NCBI GenBank assembly: GCA_023957335.1
Contig: JAMLHC010000002.1
Location: 322,809 to 386,808 of the forward strand
Length of the DNA: 64,000 nt
Direction of reading: 5' to 3'
Origin: Bacteroidota bacterium
Lineage (GTDB): Bacteria; Bacteroidota; Bacteroidia; NS11-12g; UBA955
Part shown: positions 37,700 through 47,810 of the stretch, piece after piece
Position numbering within the stretch: position 1 is the stretch's first letter
Layout of the letters: every line of letters begins with the position of its first letter
The notes under the pieces: model-generated
What the model was told of the DNA's origin: nothing
The model's database searches: none
What the model saw: the letters and a program-made list of their open reading frames with translations, nothing else
Translations under genes and position numbers: made by a program

Positions 37700-39400
37700 T
37701 TTCGCAATACTATGCAAATAACTCCACTTTCAGGAACTTAAAATGAGATTTATTTTAGAAGATGATCCCCACTTTTTGAAAAAGAAAGTGTCGTAAAACG
37801 CCTTAAATTGACTCCTCTGAATGGAAAAAATAAAGCCAAGTTCTTTGAGGAACTTTTTAAGCAGATTTGGGTCAAGAAGATTAAAGATTCTACGTAGGTT
37901 AAAGGCGGTGAAAATCAAGCCTACATCGGCAGAGGCTCTTGATATTCCTTGTTTGGTCATGACATAGTAAAAATCCCACTGGCGTTTGATAATCCCGAAA
38001 GGGTGTTCCACAATGGCTTGTCGTTTTCTGTAGAGTTCACCGGCTTGTTCCATGCGAAGTTTGTTTTTTTCTATGTATGGTGCAAATTCTGTTCTCTCGA
38101 TGACCCTACCTCTACCTCTTGTGTTTTTGGTGCAGGAGTTGATGAGTGGACAGGTTTTGCAGGCTGTTGTTTTGTAATGCTGAACCAAAATCGGTGGCTG
38201 CTTTTTTCTTCCTTCATAATTGCGGTCTTTTTTGTACCATTTACCATTGGTAGAAAGTGCGTTTCCCTGCGGACAGATGTAAACGTTTTCTTCTTCATTG
38301 AAAACAAAGTTTGCCACGTTGTATGAAGGGTCAGGAGCCATAGAAGAAGAAGAAATATCAGGAATAGCCACCACCACATCTACGCCCAGTCCATCTGCTT
38401 TTTTGAACTCACTTCCGGTGTGGTAGCCTTTGTCAAAAACGGCTGTAAATTCATTATTTCCTAATACTTCAACGGCTTGCTGGAGCATGCTTCCCATGGC
38501 TTTGGAATCATTCTCATTGGTAACTTCGTAATTAATTGGAATGTTGAGTTTGGCATCCACGGTGCTTTGGATGTTGTAAGCCACCTCTGTAATGTTGTTG
38601 CGAACAATCATTTGTCTGGATTCAGGGTCAGAAGTAGAAATTTGCACTTCGCCTGTAGCGTCTAATTGCTTTTGAAAATCTTGGTATTGTTTTTTATGCT
38701 GCTGATGTTTGTTGATTTTGCCGTTGATTTCTTGCTTTTTCTCCTCACTTAAATCCTTGTCTTCGCTTGCTAATATGGAGTTGTACTCATCGAGTTTGTT
38801 ATCAATATAAGCAATGTGTCGCTCAATTTTCTTTTCGTTAAAGTTGTTTTTCTTGGAATTTTGTGCACGGAGTTTGGTTCCGTCACCGGCTAATAGTTTG
38901 CCGCCAATCAACTGAAAATGCTGTGCAAGTCTGACTGTTGAACGAAATACATTTTTAATGGCTTTCGGATTGTCTTTTCGGAAGTTGGCAATGGTGTTGT
39001 GATCGGGAACCAAGCCTCTCATGAGCCACATCACCTCTAAGTTTCGTGTACATTCTTTTTCCAACTGACGCGAGGAGCGTATGCGGTTCAAATAGCCATA
39101 CAAAAACAACTTCAACAAATCACCGGGATGATAAGCGGGACGCCCATTTTCAATAAAATCCAATTTAAAACCTGCATCCGCTAAATTGATGCTGTTTACA
39201 AACAACTCAATCAACCTGATTTCGTGATTATGCTCAATTTGCTCCTCCAAACAAAAGAAACTGATTTGATTCCTGTCCTTGCCAAGTATAAATTTCATGC
39301 AGTAAATATACTGACAATCAATTCGTTAAGCAACTAATTTCGATATAACTTATTAACAATCTGTGTGTTAAAAAGTAAGAGGTTATTAGACAGTTTGACG
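37700..39400 (-). mobile_element. IS1182-family insertion sequence (boundaries approximate; terminal inverted repeats not resolved)
   Basis: A single 522-aa transposase ORF fills the segment. It is wedged between the TPR gene stop (37696) and the nuoA start (39607). Confidence 0.55.
37730..39298 (-). CDS. IS1182-family (IS5-related DDE) transposase
   Basis: N-terminal ...DRNQ...ENGRPAYHPGDLLKLFLYGYLNRIRSSRQLEKECTRNLEVMWLMRGLVPDHNTIANFRKDN is the hallmark IS1182 N-domain. C-terminal CxxC pairs are also present. Confidence 0.85.
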   Translation of the reverse strand: MKFILGKDRNQISFFCLEEQIEHNHEIRLIELFVNSINLADAGFKLDFIENGRPAYHPGDLLKLFLYGYLNRIRSSRQLEKECTRNLEVMWLMRGLVPDHNTIANFRKDNPKAIKNVFRSTVRLAQHFQLIGGKLLAGDGTKLRAQNSKKNNFNEKKIERHIAYIDNKLDEYNSILASEDKDLSEEKKQEINGKINKHQQHKKQYQDFQKQLDATGEVQISTSDPESRQMIVRNNITEVAYNIQSTVDAKLNIPINYEVTNENDSKAMGSMLQQAVEVLGNNEFTAVFDKGYHTGSEFKKADGLGVDVVVAIPDISSSSMAPDPSYNVANFVFNEEENVYICPQGNALSTNGKWYKKDRNYEGRKKQPPILVQHYKTTACKTCPLINSCTKNTRGRGRVIERTEFAPYIEKNKLRMEQAGELYRKRQAIVEHPFGIIKRQWDFYYVMTKQGISRASADVGLIFTAFNLRRIFNLLDPNLLKKFLKELGFIFSIQRSQFKAFYDTFFFKKWGSSSKINLILSS

Positions 39401-39606
39401 GAATCCAGCTCGATGAAATTAACAGATTCCATCGCCAGCAATTCAATTAGCAATTTAAAATTACAAAACTTTGTAAATCAATGCATGCAAAACATTGAAT
39501 AACAGTTGTTAGCACCCGTTTGCAAAATCATCGATTTATTTTGCAAAAATTCATTTTCCGAATGTAATAAAGGCTACTTTCGTGCAGGTTTTAAACACCA
39601 CTTTTT

Positions 39607-39978
39607 ATGATTCTATTAAGCGTTCCTTCCGACTATTTCCCAATCGCTATAATGCTTGTAGTTGCATTAGGGTTCGTGGCTACAACGCTTGTTGCTACCC
39701 ACCTTTTAGGACCCAAAAGAAAATCTAAAATCAAACTCGACACATTCGAATGTGGTATTGAATCACAAGAGAATGCAAGAACACCTTTTCCAGTCAAATA
39801 TTTTCTGATTGCAATCTTGTTTGTGTTATTTGATGTTGAGATTATATTTATGTATCCATGGGCAGTTAATTTTCTAAAATTGGGGATGACCGGATTTATT
39901 ACCATGCTGGTTTTCATTGTTTTGTTGCTGGTTGGTTTTATTTATATCGTTCGCAAAGGGGCATTAAAGTGGGAATGA
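39607..39978 (+). CDS. nuoA: NADH-quinone oxidoreductase subunit A
   Basis: Three TM helices, FECGIE motif. First gene of a co-directional nuo operon. Confidence 0.9.
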   Translation: MILLSVPSDYFPIAIMLVVALGFVATTLVATHLLGPKRKSKIKLDTFECGIESQENARTPFPVKYFLIAILFVLFDVEIIFMYPWAVNFLKLGMTGFITMLVFIVLLLVGFIYIVRKGALKWE

Positions 39979-39996
39979 ACGTAGAAAATAAATAAC

Positions 39997-40557
39997 ATGT
40001 CAGAAAATCAAATTCAGAAAGTTACGCAGTCAACTGAAAAATTAGAAGGCTATGAAGGATATGGTTTCTTAGCAACTTCATTAGAAAAAGCAGTTGGGAT
40101 GGCACGTAAAAACTCCTTATGGCCGCTTCCATTTGCGACTTCATGTTGCGGAATAGAGTTTATGTCAACCATGTCTTCACATTACGACCTTGGGCGATTC
40201 GGTTCCGAGCGTTTGAGTTTTTCTCCTCGTCAGGCAGACTTGCTGATGGTGATGGGAACTATTGCAAAAAAAATGGGACCTATACTGCGCCAAGTATATG
40301 AGCAAATGGCTGAACCTAAATGGGTATTAGCTGTAGGCGCATGCGCCAGTTCGGGCGGTGTATTTGACTCATACAGTGTACTTCAAGGTATTGACCGCAT
40401 TATTCCGGTCGATATTTACGTTCCGGGATGCCCTCCCAGACCCGAACAAATTTTAATGGGCGTAATGAAAATTCAGGAATTAGCCGAGAGCGAATCACTT
40501 AGAAGAAGAAATTCGCCCGAATATCTGGCATTGCTGGAGAGTTATGGTATCAAATAA
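39997..40557 (+). CDS. nuoB: NADH-quinone oxidoreductase subunit B
   Basis: CCGIEFM ... GCPPRPE are the N2-cluster ligands. Confidence 0.95.
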   Translation: MSENQIQKVTQSTEKLEGYEGYGFLATSLEKAVGMARKNSLWPLPFATSCCGIEFMSTMSSHYDLGRFGSERLSFSPRQADLLMVMGTIAKKMGPILRQVYEQMAEPKWVLAVGACASSGGVFDSYSVLQGIDRIIPVDIYVPGCPPRPEQILMGVMKIQELAESESLRRRNSPEYLALLESYGIK

Positions 40558-40562
40558 AACGA

Positions 40563-41072
40563 TTGGAGCGAAGAATGTTTAATACAATAGAACCCGAGGA
40601 ATTTGAAGAGATGCTTCACAATCAATTTGCCGACAACATTGTCTATGTAGGCAAACAATATGACATCTCCGAGGCAGAAATCACATTAGACAAAATCAAG
40701 GATGCAATACAATGGATGAAAGAGCAAGGTTTCACTTTCCTCACTTCCTGTAATGGCATTCACTATCCTCATACTGAGAAAGTATTTTGCATGGTCTATC
40801 ATCTATATAATATGCAGCGCAATCTTAGAGTTCGCCTCAAAGTTTCCAACCCCATTGACCCACCTCACTTTCCAACCATCACGGATATTTTTCCGGCTGC
40901 TAACTGGATGGAACGAGAAGCTTACGACTTCTTCGGATTCAAATTTGACGGGCATCCTGATTTGAGAAGAATTTTAAACGAAGATAGTATGGAAGGCTGG
41001 CCTCTGCGCAAGGAATATCCGCTCGAGGATCAAGCCCGATTTGATAAAGACGACAAAATGTTTGGCAGATAA
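40563..41072 (+). CDS. nuoC: NADH-quinone oxidoreductase subunit C
   Basis: 30-kDa-subunit fold motifs (ERE.YD.FG..F.GHPDLRRIL). Encoded separately from nuoD. Confidence 0.9.
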   Translation: MERRMFNTIEPEEFEEMLHNQFADNIVYVGKQYDISEAEITLDKIKDAIQWMKEQGFTFLTSCNGIHYPHTEKVFCMVYHLYNMQRNLRVRLKVSNPIDPPHFPTITDIFPAANWMEREAYDFFGFKFDGHPDLRRILNEDSMEGWPLRKEYPLEDQARFDKDDKMFGR

Positions 41073-41088
41073 GATAATGATTTAAGCA

Positions 41089-42303
41089 ATGTTAGAGAAA
41101 AAAGAAGCCACCGCTGACATATCAGAAAAGGACTATACCTATCTCAACTTAGGTCCCACACATCCGGCAACACACGGCATTTTCCAGAATGTACTTAAAA
41201 TGGATGGGGAAATAATTGTTGAAGCCACACCCACAATAGGTTATATACACCGCGCATTTGAAAAAATAGCAGAAAGAAGACCCTATTACCAATATACCCC
41301 CATCACAGACCGATTAAATTATTGCTCCGCCCCTATCAACAACATGGGATGGCACATGTCTGTAGAAAAACTTCTGGGTATTCAACTACCCAAACGCGTA
41401 GAATACCTGAGGGTTATTATTATGGAACTTTCACGCATCTCCGATCACATCATTTGCAATTCAGTAATTGGGGTCGATAGCGGAGCCATGACCGGATTTT
41501 TGTATATTTATCAGTTCAGAGAGTTGATTTATGAAGTATATGAACAAATATGCGGTGGAAGGCTAACCTCTAATATTGGCAGAATTGGAGGCTTGGAAAG
41601 AGATTTCTCTCAAACTGCTTGGCTCAAAATCGACAATATCTTGAAAGAACTACCCAAAGCACTCAAAGAATTTGAGGCTTTGTTGGTGCGCAACCGTATC
41701 TTCATGGATAGGACCATCAACTGCGGACCCATTTCTGCTGAAAAGGCTCTCGCCTATTCTTTTACAGGTCCCAATCTTAGAGCAGCCGGAGTAGATTATG
41801 ACGTAAGAGTGATGAGCCCTTATTCCTCTTATGAAGAATTTGATTTTAAAATTCCGGTAGGAACTCGCGGTGACACCTATGACAGGTTTATGGTAAGAGA
41901 ACAAGAGATGTGGGAAAGCATTAGTATTATTAAACAAGCGATACAAAAAGTAGAAAAATTAGAAGATAAAACTACCTACCATGCGGATGTTCCGGAATAT
42001 TATCTGCCTGAAAAAGACGATGTTTATAATAAAATGGAAGCATTGATTTATCATTTCAAGGTTGTCTATGGTGAAACCGCTATTCCAAAAGGCGAGGTTT
42101 ATCATTGTGTGGAAGGAGGAAATGGAGAATTAGGATTTTACATTGTCAGCGATGGCGGCCGTACACCCTACAGAATGCACATTCGCAGACCTTGTTTTAT
42201 TTATTATCAGGCATACCCGGAGATGATAAAAGGAGCTTATCTGAGCGATGCCATATTAACAATGAGTTCAATGAATGTAATAGCAGGCGAATTAGATGCC
42301 TAA
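41089..42303 (+). CDS. nuoD: NADH-quinone oxidoreductase subunit D
   Basis: [18 protein letters not shown], and the 49-kDa C-terminus. Confidence 0.95.
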   Translation: MLEKKEATADISEKDYTYLNLGPTHPATHGIFQNVLKMDGEIIVEATPTIGYIHRAFEKIAERRPYYQYTPITDRLNYCSAPINNMGWHMSVEKLLGIQLPKRVEYLRVIIMELSRISDHIICNSVIGVDSGAMTGFLYIYQFRELIYEVYEQICGGRLTSNIGRIGGLERDFSQTAWLKIDNILKELPKALKEFEALLVRNRIFMDRTINCGPISAEKALAYSFTGPNLRAAGVDYDVRVMSPYSSYEEFDFKIPVGTRGDTYDRFMVREQEMWESISIIKQAIQKVEKLEDKTTYHADVPEYYLPEKDDVYNKMEALIYHFKVVYGETAIPKGEVYHCVEGGNGELGFYIVSDGGRTPYRMHIRRPCFIYYQAYPEMIKGAYLSDAILTMSSMNVIAGELDA

Positions 42304-42317
42304 AAAAACAATCTAGT

Positions 42318-42860
42318 ATGAATGAGACAAAAGAAATACAGTTTTCGGATGAAGCCTTAGCACTAATAGCAAAGATAACCAAGCACTATCCGGAAGGGAA
42401 AGAAAAATCAACCATTCTACCGGTACTTCATCTTGCACAAGCCGAATTTGACGGATGGTTAAGCCCGCAAGTAATGGACTATGTAGCATCGCTACTTAAA
42501 GTTCAACCCATTGAAGTATATGAAGTGGCAACTTTCTATACTATGTTTAATATGCAGCCCGTAGGCAAATGTGTAATTGAAGTGTGCCATACCGGACCTT
42601 GCTGGTTAATGGGTGCCGAAGACATTGTGCATTACATTGAAAATAAACTGGGTATCAAAAAAGGCGAAACTACAGCAGATGGAATGTTTACGCTAAAAAC
42701 CGTTGAGTGCCTTGCCAGTTGCGGAACCGCACCTATGATGCAAATTGGCGAAACATATCATGAGAACCTAACATTAGAAAAAGTAGATTCTGTTCTGGAT
42801 GATTGCCGAAAAGCAGATATCCGCAGATCACATTGGGAAAAAGAAAAAATTAAATCTTAA
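42318..42860 (+). CDS. nuoE: NADH-quinone oxidoreductase subunit E
   Basis: 24-kDa-subunit 2Fe-2S cysteines (CHTGPC...CLASCG). Start set at MNETKEIQ. Confidence 0.9.
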   Translation: MNETKEIQFSDEALALIAKITKHYPEGKEKSTILPVLHLAQAEFDGWLSPQVMDYVASLLKVQPIEVYEVATFYTMFNMQPVGKCVIEVCHTGPCWLMGAEDIVHYIENKLGIKKGETTADGMFTLKTVECLASCGTAPMMQIGETYHENLTLEKVDSVLDDCRKADIRRSHWEKEKIKS

Positions 42861-42866
42861 AAAGCA

Positions 42867-44207
42867 ATGGGACGCAAACTACTTTTAGACAATCTTGAAT
42901 ATCCTGAAATAAAAACATTTGCAGGCTATTGTAATAAAGGCGGATATGAGTCTTTGAAAAAAGCTCTTAAAATGAAGCCGGAAGAAGTACAAGCAGAAGT
43001 ACAAAAATCAGGCTTGCGAGGCAGAGGTGGAGCAGGTTTTCCTGCCGGCATGAAATGGAGCTTTATTGCTAAACCCGAAGGTGTTCCAAGATACTTTGTT
43101 TGCAATGCAGACGAAAGCGAGCCGGGTACTTTCAAAGATAGATACCTCATGGAGCATAAACCTCACATCCTGATTGAAGGGATGATTATTGCCAGCTATG
43201 CCCTTGGTGCTACCACTGCTTATATTTATATCAGAGGCGAATTGATGTACATATACCATATCCTGCAAAAAGCCATTGAAGAGGCATATCAAGCAGGATT
43301 TTTAGGTAAAAATATTTTAGGCTGCGGCTTTGACTTAGATTTACACATCCATTGTGGTGCGGGCGCATATATCTGCGGAGAAGAAACTGCTCTACTCGAA
43401 TCGTTAGAAGGCAAACGCGGCAATCCACGCATCAAACCTCCATTCCCCGCCATAAAAGGTTTGTGGGGCTGTCCTACTGTGGTCAACAACGTAGAAACAA
43501 TTGCTGCTGTAGTTCCTATCATCCGTATTTCGGGAGACGAATATGCAAAAATAGGGGTTGGAAAATCCACAGGAACCAAGTTAATTTCCGCTTCCGGTCA
43601 TATCAACAAGCCGGGGGTCTATGAGATTGAACTTGGCGTCCCTGTAGAAGAGTTTATTTACAGTGATGAGTATTGTGGAGGAATCAAAAACGGCAAAAAA
43701 CTCAAAGCTGTCGTTGCGGGAGGCTCTTCTGTACCCATCCTTCCAAGTCATTTGATTTTAAAAACAGCTGACGGTGCACCTCGCTTGATGACTTATGAAA
43801 GCTTAGCAGACGGAGGGTTTGCTACCGGAACAATGCTCGGCTCAGGTGGATTTATCGTAATGGACGAAAGCACAAGTATTGTCAAGCATTTGTGGAACTT
43901 CAGCAGGTTCTATCATCACGAAAGTTGCGGACAATGCTCACCTTGCAGAGAGGGCACAGGGTGGATGGAACAAATACTTCACAAAATTGTTAATGGCAAA
44001 GGAGAAATGAGACATATTGACCTACTATGGGATATACAAGGAAAAATAGAAGGAAAAACAATTTGTCCCTTTGGAGATGCGGCTGCATGGCCTGTAGCTT
44101 CTACAATCCGCCACTTCCGCTCGGAATTTGAAGAATATATTCGTAATGGAGAACACAACCGAGATGTTAAACATTACTATCGTTTAAATAACTTACAAGA
44201 AATCTGA
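42867..44207 (+). CDS. nuoF: NADH-quinone oxidoreductase subunit F
   Basis: GRGGAGFP FMN/NADH motif and the ESCGQCSPCREG 4Fe-4S motif. Confidence 0.95.
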   Translation: MGRKLLLDNLEYPEIKTFAGYCNKGGYESLKKALKMKPEEVQAEVQKSGLRGRGGAGFPAGMKWSFIAKPEGVPRYFVCNADESEPGTFKDRYLMEHKPHILIEGMIIASYALGATTAYIYIRGELMYIYHILQKAIEEAYQAGFLGKNILGCGFDLDLHIHCGAGAYICGEETALLESLEGKRGNPRIKPPFPAIKGLWGCPTVVNNVETIAAVVPIIRISGDEYAKIGVGKSTGTKLISASGHINKPGVYEIELGVPVEEFIYSDEYCGGIKNGKKLKAVVAGGSSVPILPSHLILKTADGAPRLMTYESLADGGFATGTMLGSGGFIVMDESTSIVKHLWNFSRFYHHESCGQCSPCREGTGWMEQILHKIVNGKGEMRHIDLLWDIQGKIEGKTICPFGDAAAWPVASTIRHFRSEFEEYIRNGEHNRDVKHYYRLNNLQEI

Positions 44208-44211
44208 TAAG

Positions 44212-45213
44212 ATGGCAAAAGTAACAATAGATGGATATACCATAGAGGTTCCTGAAGGAACAACCATAGTGGATGCCGCCCGTATGATAGGGGGAGAAAT
44301 CGTTCCGCCTACTATGTGTTATTATTCAAAGCTTGAAACAAGTGGCGGATATTGTCGCAGTTGCTTAGTGAAAGTAACAAAAGGCTCGGAAAAAGATCCG
44401 CGTCCTATGCCCAAATTGGTTGCTTCGTGTCGCCAAACAGTGATGGACGGTATGGTGGTAGAAAATATCACTTCCAAAGAAGTGTTGGAAGCCCGTGAAG
44501 GGGTAGTAGAGTTTTTATTGTTTAACCATCCACTGGATTGTCCGGTTTGCGACCAAGCAGGAGAATGTGACTTGCAGGATTTGAGCTATGAACACGGTAC
44601 TGAGAAAACTCGACAGGAGTTTAGACGCAGAACATTCCCCATGCGCGACATCGGAGATCAAATCAAGTTACACATGAACCGCTGCATAATGTGCTATCGT
44701 TGTGTTAAAGTTGGCGAACAGTTAGCACCTACAAGAGTTCACGGAGTGCTTAACCGAGGTTATATGTCAGAAATTTCCACCTATATCCAAAACAATATTG
44801 ATCAAGAATGGAGTGGCAACATGATTGATGTATGTCCGGTGGGAGCATTGACTGACAAAACATTCCGATTCAAATCAAGGGTTTGGTTTACAAAACCGCT
44901 GGATGCTCATAGAGATTGTGATACATGTTGCGGAAAAGCAGCAGTTTGGGTGTCAGGTGACGATATTATAAGGGTAACAGTACGCAGAGATCCTTATGGA
45001 GAAGTGGAATATATGGAAGATGGCAAACCCGGTTGGATTTGTAATACCTGCCGTTTTGAAAAGAAAAAACTTTCTGATTGGGTGATAGAACAACCAAGAC
45101 ACATAGATAGACACTCCGTTATTGCACAAAATCATTATGAAGAGTTGCGAAAACTAAAACAAGATTTATCTCGTCAAAAAGAAATATTCGAAAAATCACA
45201 CAAAGACCAATAG
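44212..45213 (+). CDS. nuoG: NADH-quinone oxidoreductase subunit G, short form (N-terminal Fe-S domain only)
   Basis: Has the 2Fe-2S and 4Fe-4S cysteine clusters of the 75-kDa subunit N-terminus. It ends at 333 aa without the molybdopterin-like domain. Confidence 0.85.
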   Translation: MAKVTIDGYTIEVPEGTTIVDAARMIGGEIVPPTMCYYSKLETSGGYCRSCLVKVTKGSEKDPRPMPKLVASCRQTVMDGMVVENITSKEVLEAREGVVEFLLFNHPLDCPVCDQAGECDLQDLSYEHGTEKTRQEFRRRTFPMRDIGDQIKLHMNRCIMCYRCVKVGEQLAPTRVHGVLNRGYMSEISTYIQNNIDQEWSGNMIDVCPVGALTDKTFRFKSRVWFTKPLDAHRDCDTCCGKAAVWVSGDDIIRVTVRRDPYGEVEYMEDGKPGWICNTCRFEKKKLSDWVIEQPRHIDRHSVIAQNHYEELRKLKQDLSRQKEIFEKSHKDQ

Positions 45214-45218
45214 AAGCA

Positions 45219-46259
45219 ATGGAGTATTCAGAACTGATATTTAAAATCACATTTGTTGTAGCCATATTTGCTATAACATTGGTAATTGCGATGTATTCCA
45301 CATTTGCAGAACGAAGAGTGGCTGCATTCATTCAGGACAGAGTAGGTCCCAATCGTGCCGGTCCGTTTGGAATTTTGCAACCCTTAGCCGATGGTGTCAA
45401 AATGTTCATGAAGGAAGAAATTATTCCCGACCATGCCAATAAGGCTTTATTTATTTTAGGTCCCGGTATCATGATGCTCACTGCATGTATGACCAGCGTG
45501 GTAATACCTTGGGGCGACACATTAATTATCAATGGAAAAGAATATATATTACAAATTGCCGATATCAATATTGGCATTTTATATATTTTCGGGATTGTTT
45601 CTATTGGGGTCTATGGCATCATGATAGGCGGCTGGGCTTCTAACAACAAATATTCTCTTATGGGGGCTTTAAGAGCTTCTTCTCAAATGATTAGTTATGA
45701 ATTGGCTATGGGAATGTCAATAATTGCTCTTGTAATGATGACCGGCACTTTGAGTATTCGCGAAATGGTTTTTCAGCAACACGGGATGCATTGGAATGTA
45801 TTTTATCAACCATTGGGATTCCTTATTTTTTTGATATGCGCTTTTGCAGAATGTAACAGAACACCTTTTGATTTACCTGAATGTGAAACGGAATTGGTGG
45901 GCGGTTTTCATACAGAATATTCATCCATGAAGTTGGGATTTTATCTATTTGCCGAATACATCAACATGTTCATTTCTTCTGCTGTTATTTCTGCCTTATA
46001 TTTTGGTGGTTTTAACATGCCTTTCATAAGTGAATTGAGTTTATCACACAACATAGTAACAATATTAGGAGTAGTATTCTTTTTTATTAAAATATTTTTC
46101 TTTATCTTCTTTTTCATGTGGGTTAGATGGACAATCCCGCGTTTTCGTTACGATCAGTTGATGCGATTGGGATGGCGCATGCTGTTGCCACTTTCAATTT
46201 TGAATGTATTGCTCACCGGAGTTTTTACATTATGGAAAAACGGTTTGTTTCATTTTTAG
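45219..46259 (+). CDS. nuoH: NADH-quinone oxidoreductase subunit H
   Basis: Eight-TM ND1 homologue with RVGPNRAGPFGILQP.ADG.K. Confidence 0.95.
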   Translation: MEYSELIFKITFVVAIFAITLVIAMYSTFAERRVAAFIQDRVGPNRAGPFGILQPLADGVKMFMKEEIIPDHANKALFILGPGIMMLTACMTSVVIPWGDTLIINGKEYILQIADINIGILYIFGIVSIGVYGIMIGGWASNNKYSLMGALRASSQMISYELAMGMSIIALVMMTGTLSIREMVFQQHGMHWNVFYQPLGFLIFLICAFAECNRTPFDLPECETELVGGFHTEYSSMKLGFYLFAEYINMFISSAVISALYFGGFNMPFISELSLSHNIVTILGVVFFFIKIFFFIFFFMWVRWTIPRFRYDQLMRLGWRMLLPLSILNVLLTGVFTLWKNGLFHF

Positions 46260-46289
46260 AACTACATGATTCACTAAAATTAAATTCAA

Positions 46290-46838
46290 ATGCAAAGTTT
46301 AACGAACAGAAGTCAAGTGGTAGGAAATAAGCCTATGGGCTGGAAAGAAAAGATTTATCTTCCTGCTATTATCATAGGCATGGTCATTACCATCAAGCAC
46401 TTTTTCAAAAAGAAAGTTACATACAAATTCCCTGAGGAAAAGCGTCCCATATCGCCAATTTGGCGCGGACAGCATGTGCTTAAACGCGATGAAGAAGGAC
46501 GTGAAAATTGTGTTGCTTGCGGGCTGTGTGCTTTGGCGTGCCCTGCAGAGGCAATCACAATGACCGCTGCCGAGCGCAAACCCGGAGAAGAACATCTTTA
46601 TAGAGAGGAAAAATATGCTTCTGTATATGAAATCAATATGTTGCGCTGCATCTTCTGCGGACTATGTGAAGAAGCTTGTCCAAAGGAGGCAGTTTTCTTG
46701 ACCGACCGATTGGTAGAACCGGAGGATTTACGCGATGATTTTATCTATGGCAAAGACAAGCTGTTGGAAGGTAAGGAAGAAAGCGAACGTATTGATGTAA
46801 GTATTAGAAGACGCGCACATCGAAGATTAGAAGAATAA
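46290..46838 (+). CDS. nuoI: NADH-quinone oxidoreductase subunit I
   Basis: Two CxxCxxCxxxCP ferredoxin motifs. The start could also be the ATG at 46335. Confidence 0.9.
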   Translation: MQSLTNRSQVVGNKPMGWKEKIYLPAIIIGMVITIKHFFKKKVTYKFPEEKRPISPIWRGQHVLKRDEEGRENCVACGLCALACPAEAITMTAAERKPGEEHLYREEKYASVYEINMLRCIFCGLCEEACPKEAVFLTDRLVEPEDLRDDFIYGKDKLLEGKEESERIDVSIRRRAHRRLEE

Positions 46839-47003
46839 AGTTAATAGGAGCACTTATCAATACATTTTTAAACCCTCAAAACACAATATAATTACACATG
46901 ATTTTGACCTATAACAATCGTGAAAAAACATACCTAGAATATATGTCTAAATTAAGAATAAAAATATTATTTCGCAGTCGCTTATAAACCATCAAAAATT
47001 ACC

Positions 47004-47495
47004 TTGAGTCAGTACGCTTTTTACATACTTTTTGCTTTGTCAATTGTCAGTGCTTTGTTTACTGTATTCTCACGCAACCCTGTTTATTGCGTACTCTATC
47101 TCATTTTTTTCTTTTTCACTCTTTTTGGACATTATATCCTTCTAAATGCTCAGTTTTTGGCTGCCGTCCATTTAATTGTATATGCAGGAGCCATCATGGT
47201 CTTATTTTTATTTATTATCATGATGCTTAACCTGAATAAAGATATTGAACCTCACAAGAGTACAATTGCAAAATTTACTGCCGTAGTGTCCGGTGGTTTA
47301 CTTATGATTGTTATTATCAGTGTGATGAAAGGCACTGATAACATATTGCTTAATCAAAACAGCGAAATAGGCATGGTTCAGGCACTTGGAGAAGTGCTTT
47401 ATAATAAATATATGCTCCCATTTGAAATGGTCTCTGTATTGTTTCTCACAGCCATAGTAGGGGCGGTAATGCTTGGCAAAAAAGATATTAAATAA
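47004..47495 (+). CDS. nuoJ: NADH-quinone oxidoreductase subunit J
   Basis: ND6-like with VYAGAIMVLF. Apparent TTG start. It follows a 165-bp intergenic gap. Confidence 0.85.
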   Translation: MSQYAFYILFALSIVSALFTVFSRNPVYCVLYLIFFFFTLFGHYILLNAQFLAAVHLIVYAGAIMVLFLFIIMMLNLNKDIEPHKSTIAKFTAVVSGGLLMIVIISVMKGTDNILLNQNSEIGMVQALGEVLYNKYMLPFEMVSVLFLTAIVGAVMLGKKDIK

Positions 47496-47497
47496 AA

Positions 47498-47806
47498 ATG
47501 AACGGAATCACAATAGATCATTACATACTGCTTTCAATCATATTATTCAGTATTGGTGTTATAGGGGTTTTATTTCGCAGAAATGCAATCATTATCTTCA
47601 TGTGTATAGAACTTATGCTCAATGCTGTAAACTTATTACTTGCAGCATTCAGCAACCAACACAACGACCCTACAGGACAAGTTTTTGTTTTCTTTATTAT
47701 GGCGGTAGCTGCCGCTGAGGTAGCAGTGGGATTAGCTATACTGGCAATGATTTATCGCAATGCCAAGTCAATTGATATAGACTTTTTTAACAGACTGAAA
47801 GAATAA
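47498..47806 (+). CDS. nuoK: NADH-quinone oxidoreductase subunit K
   Basis: ND4L-like, three TM helices. 102 aa. Confidence 0.9.
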   Translation: MNGITIDHYILLSIILFSIGVIGVLFRRNAIIIFMCIELMLNAVNLLLAAFSNQHNDPTGQVFVFFIMAVAAAEVAVGLAILAMIYRNAKSIDIDFFNRLKE

Positions 47807-47810
47807 GCGG

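Noticed and set aside
37690-39420. I tried to define IS terminal inverted repeats and a target-site duplication by comparing 37690-37760 with the reverse complement of 39299-39420.
   Set aside because: I found only weak AATAAC-centred similarity and nothing extending to the 12-20 bp expected, so the IS boundaries are left approximate.
39540-39606. Canonical Bacteroidota promoter (-33 TTTG / -7 TAnnTTTG) for nuoA.
   Set aside because: A TActTTcG box exists, but the nearest upstream TTTG is about 31 nt away instead of 19-21 nt. It is mentioned in the IS finding but not annotated as a feature.
42105-42317. The ORF-track entry 42105-42860 extends nuoE 213 bp upstream into nuoD in another frame.
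   Set aside because: The upstream part lies out of frame inside the well-conserved nuoD C-terminus. The conserved NuoE N-terminus begins at MNETKEIQ (42318), directly after the nuoD stop.
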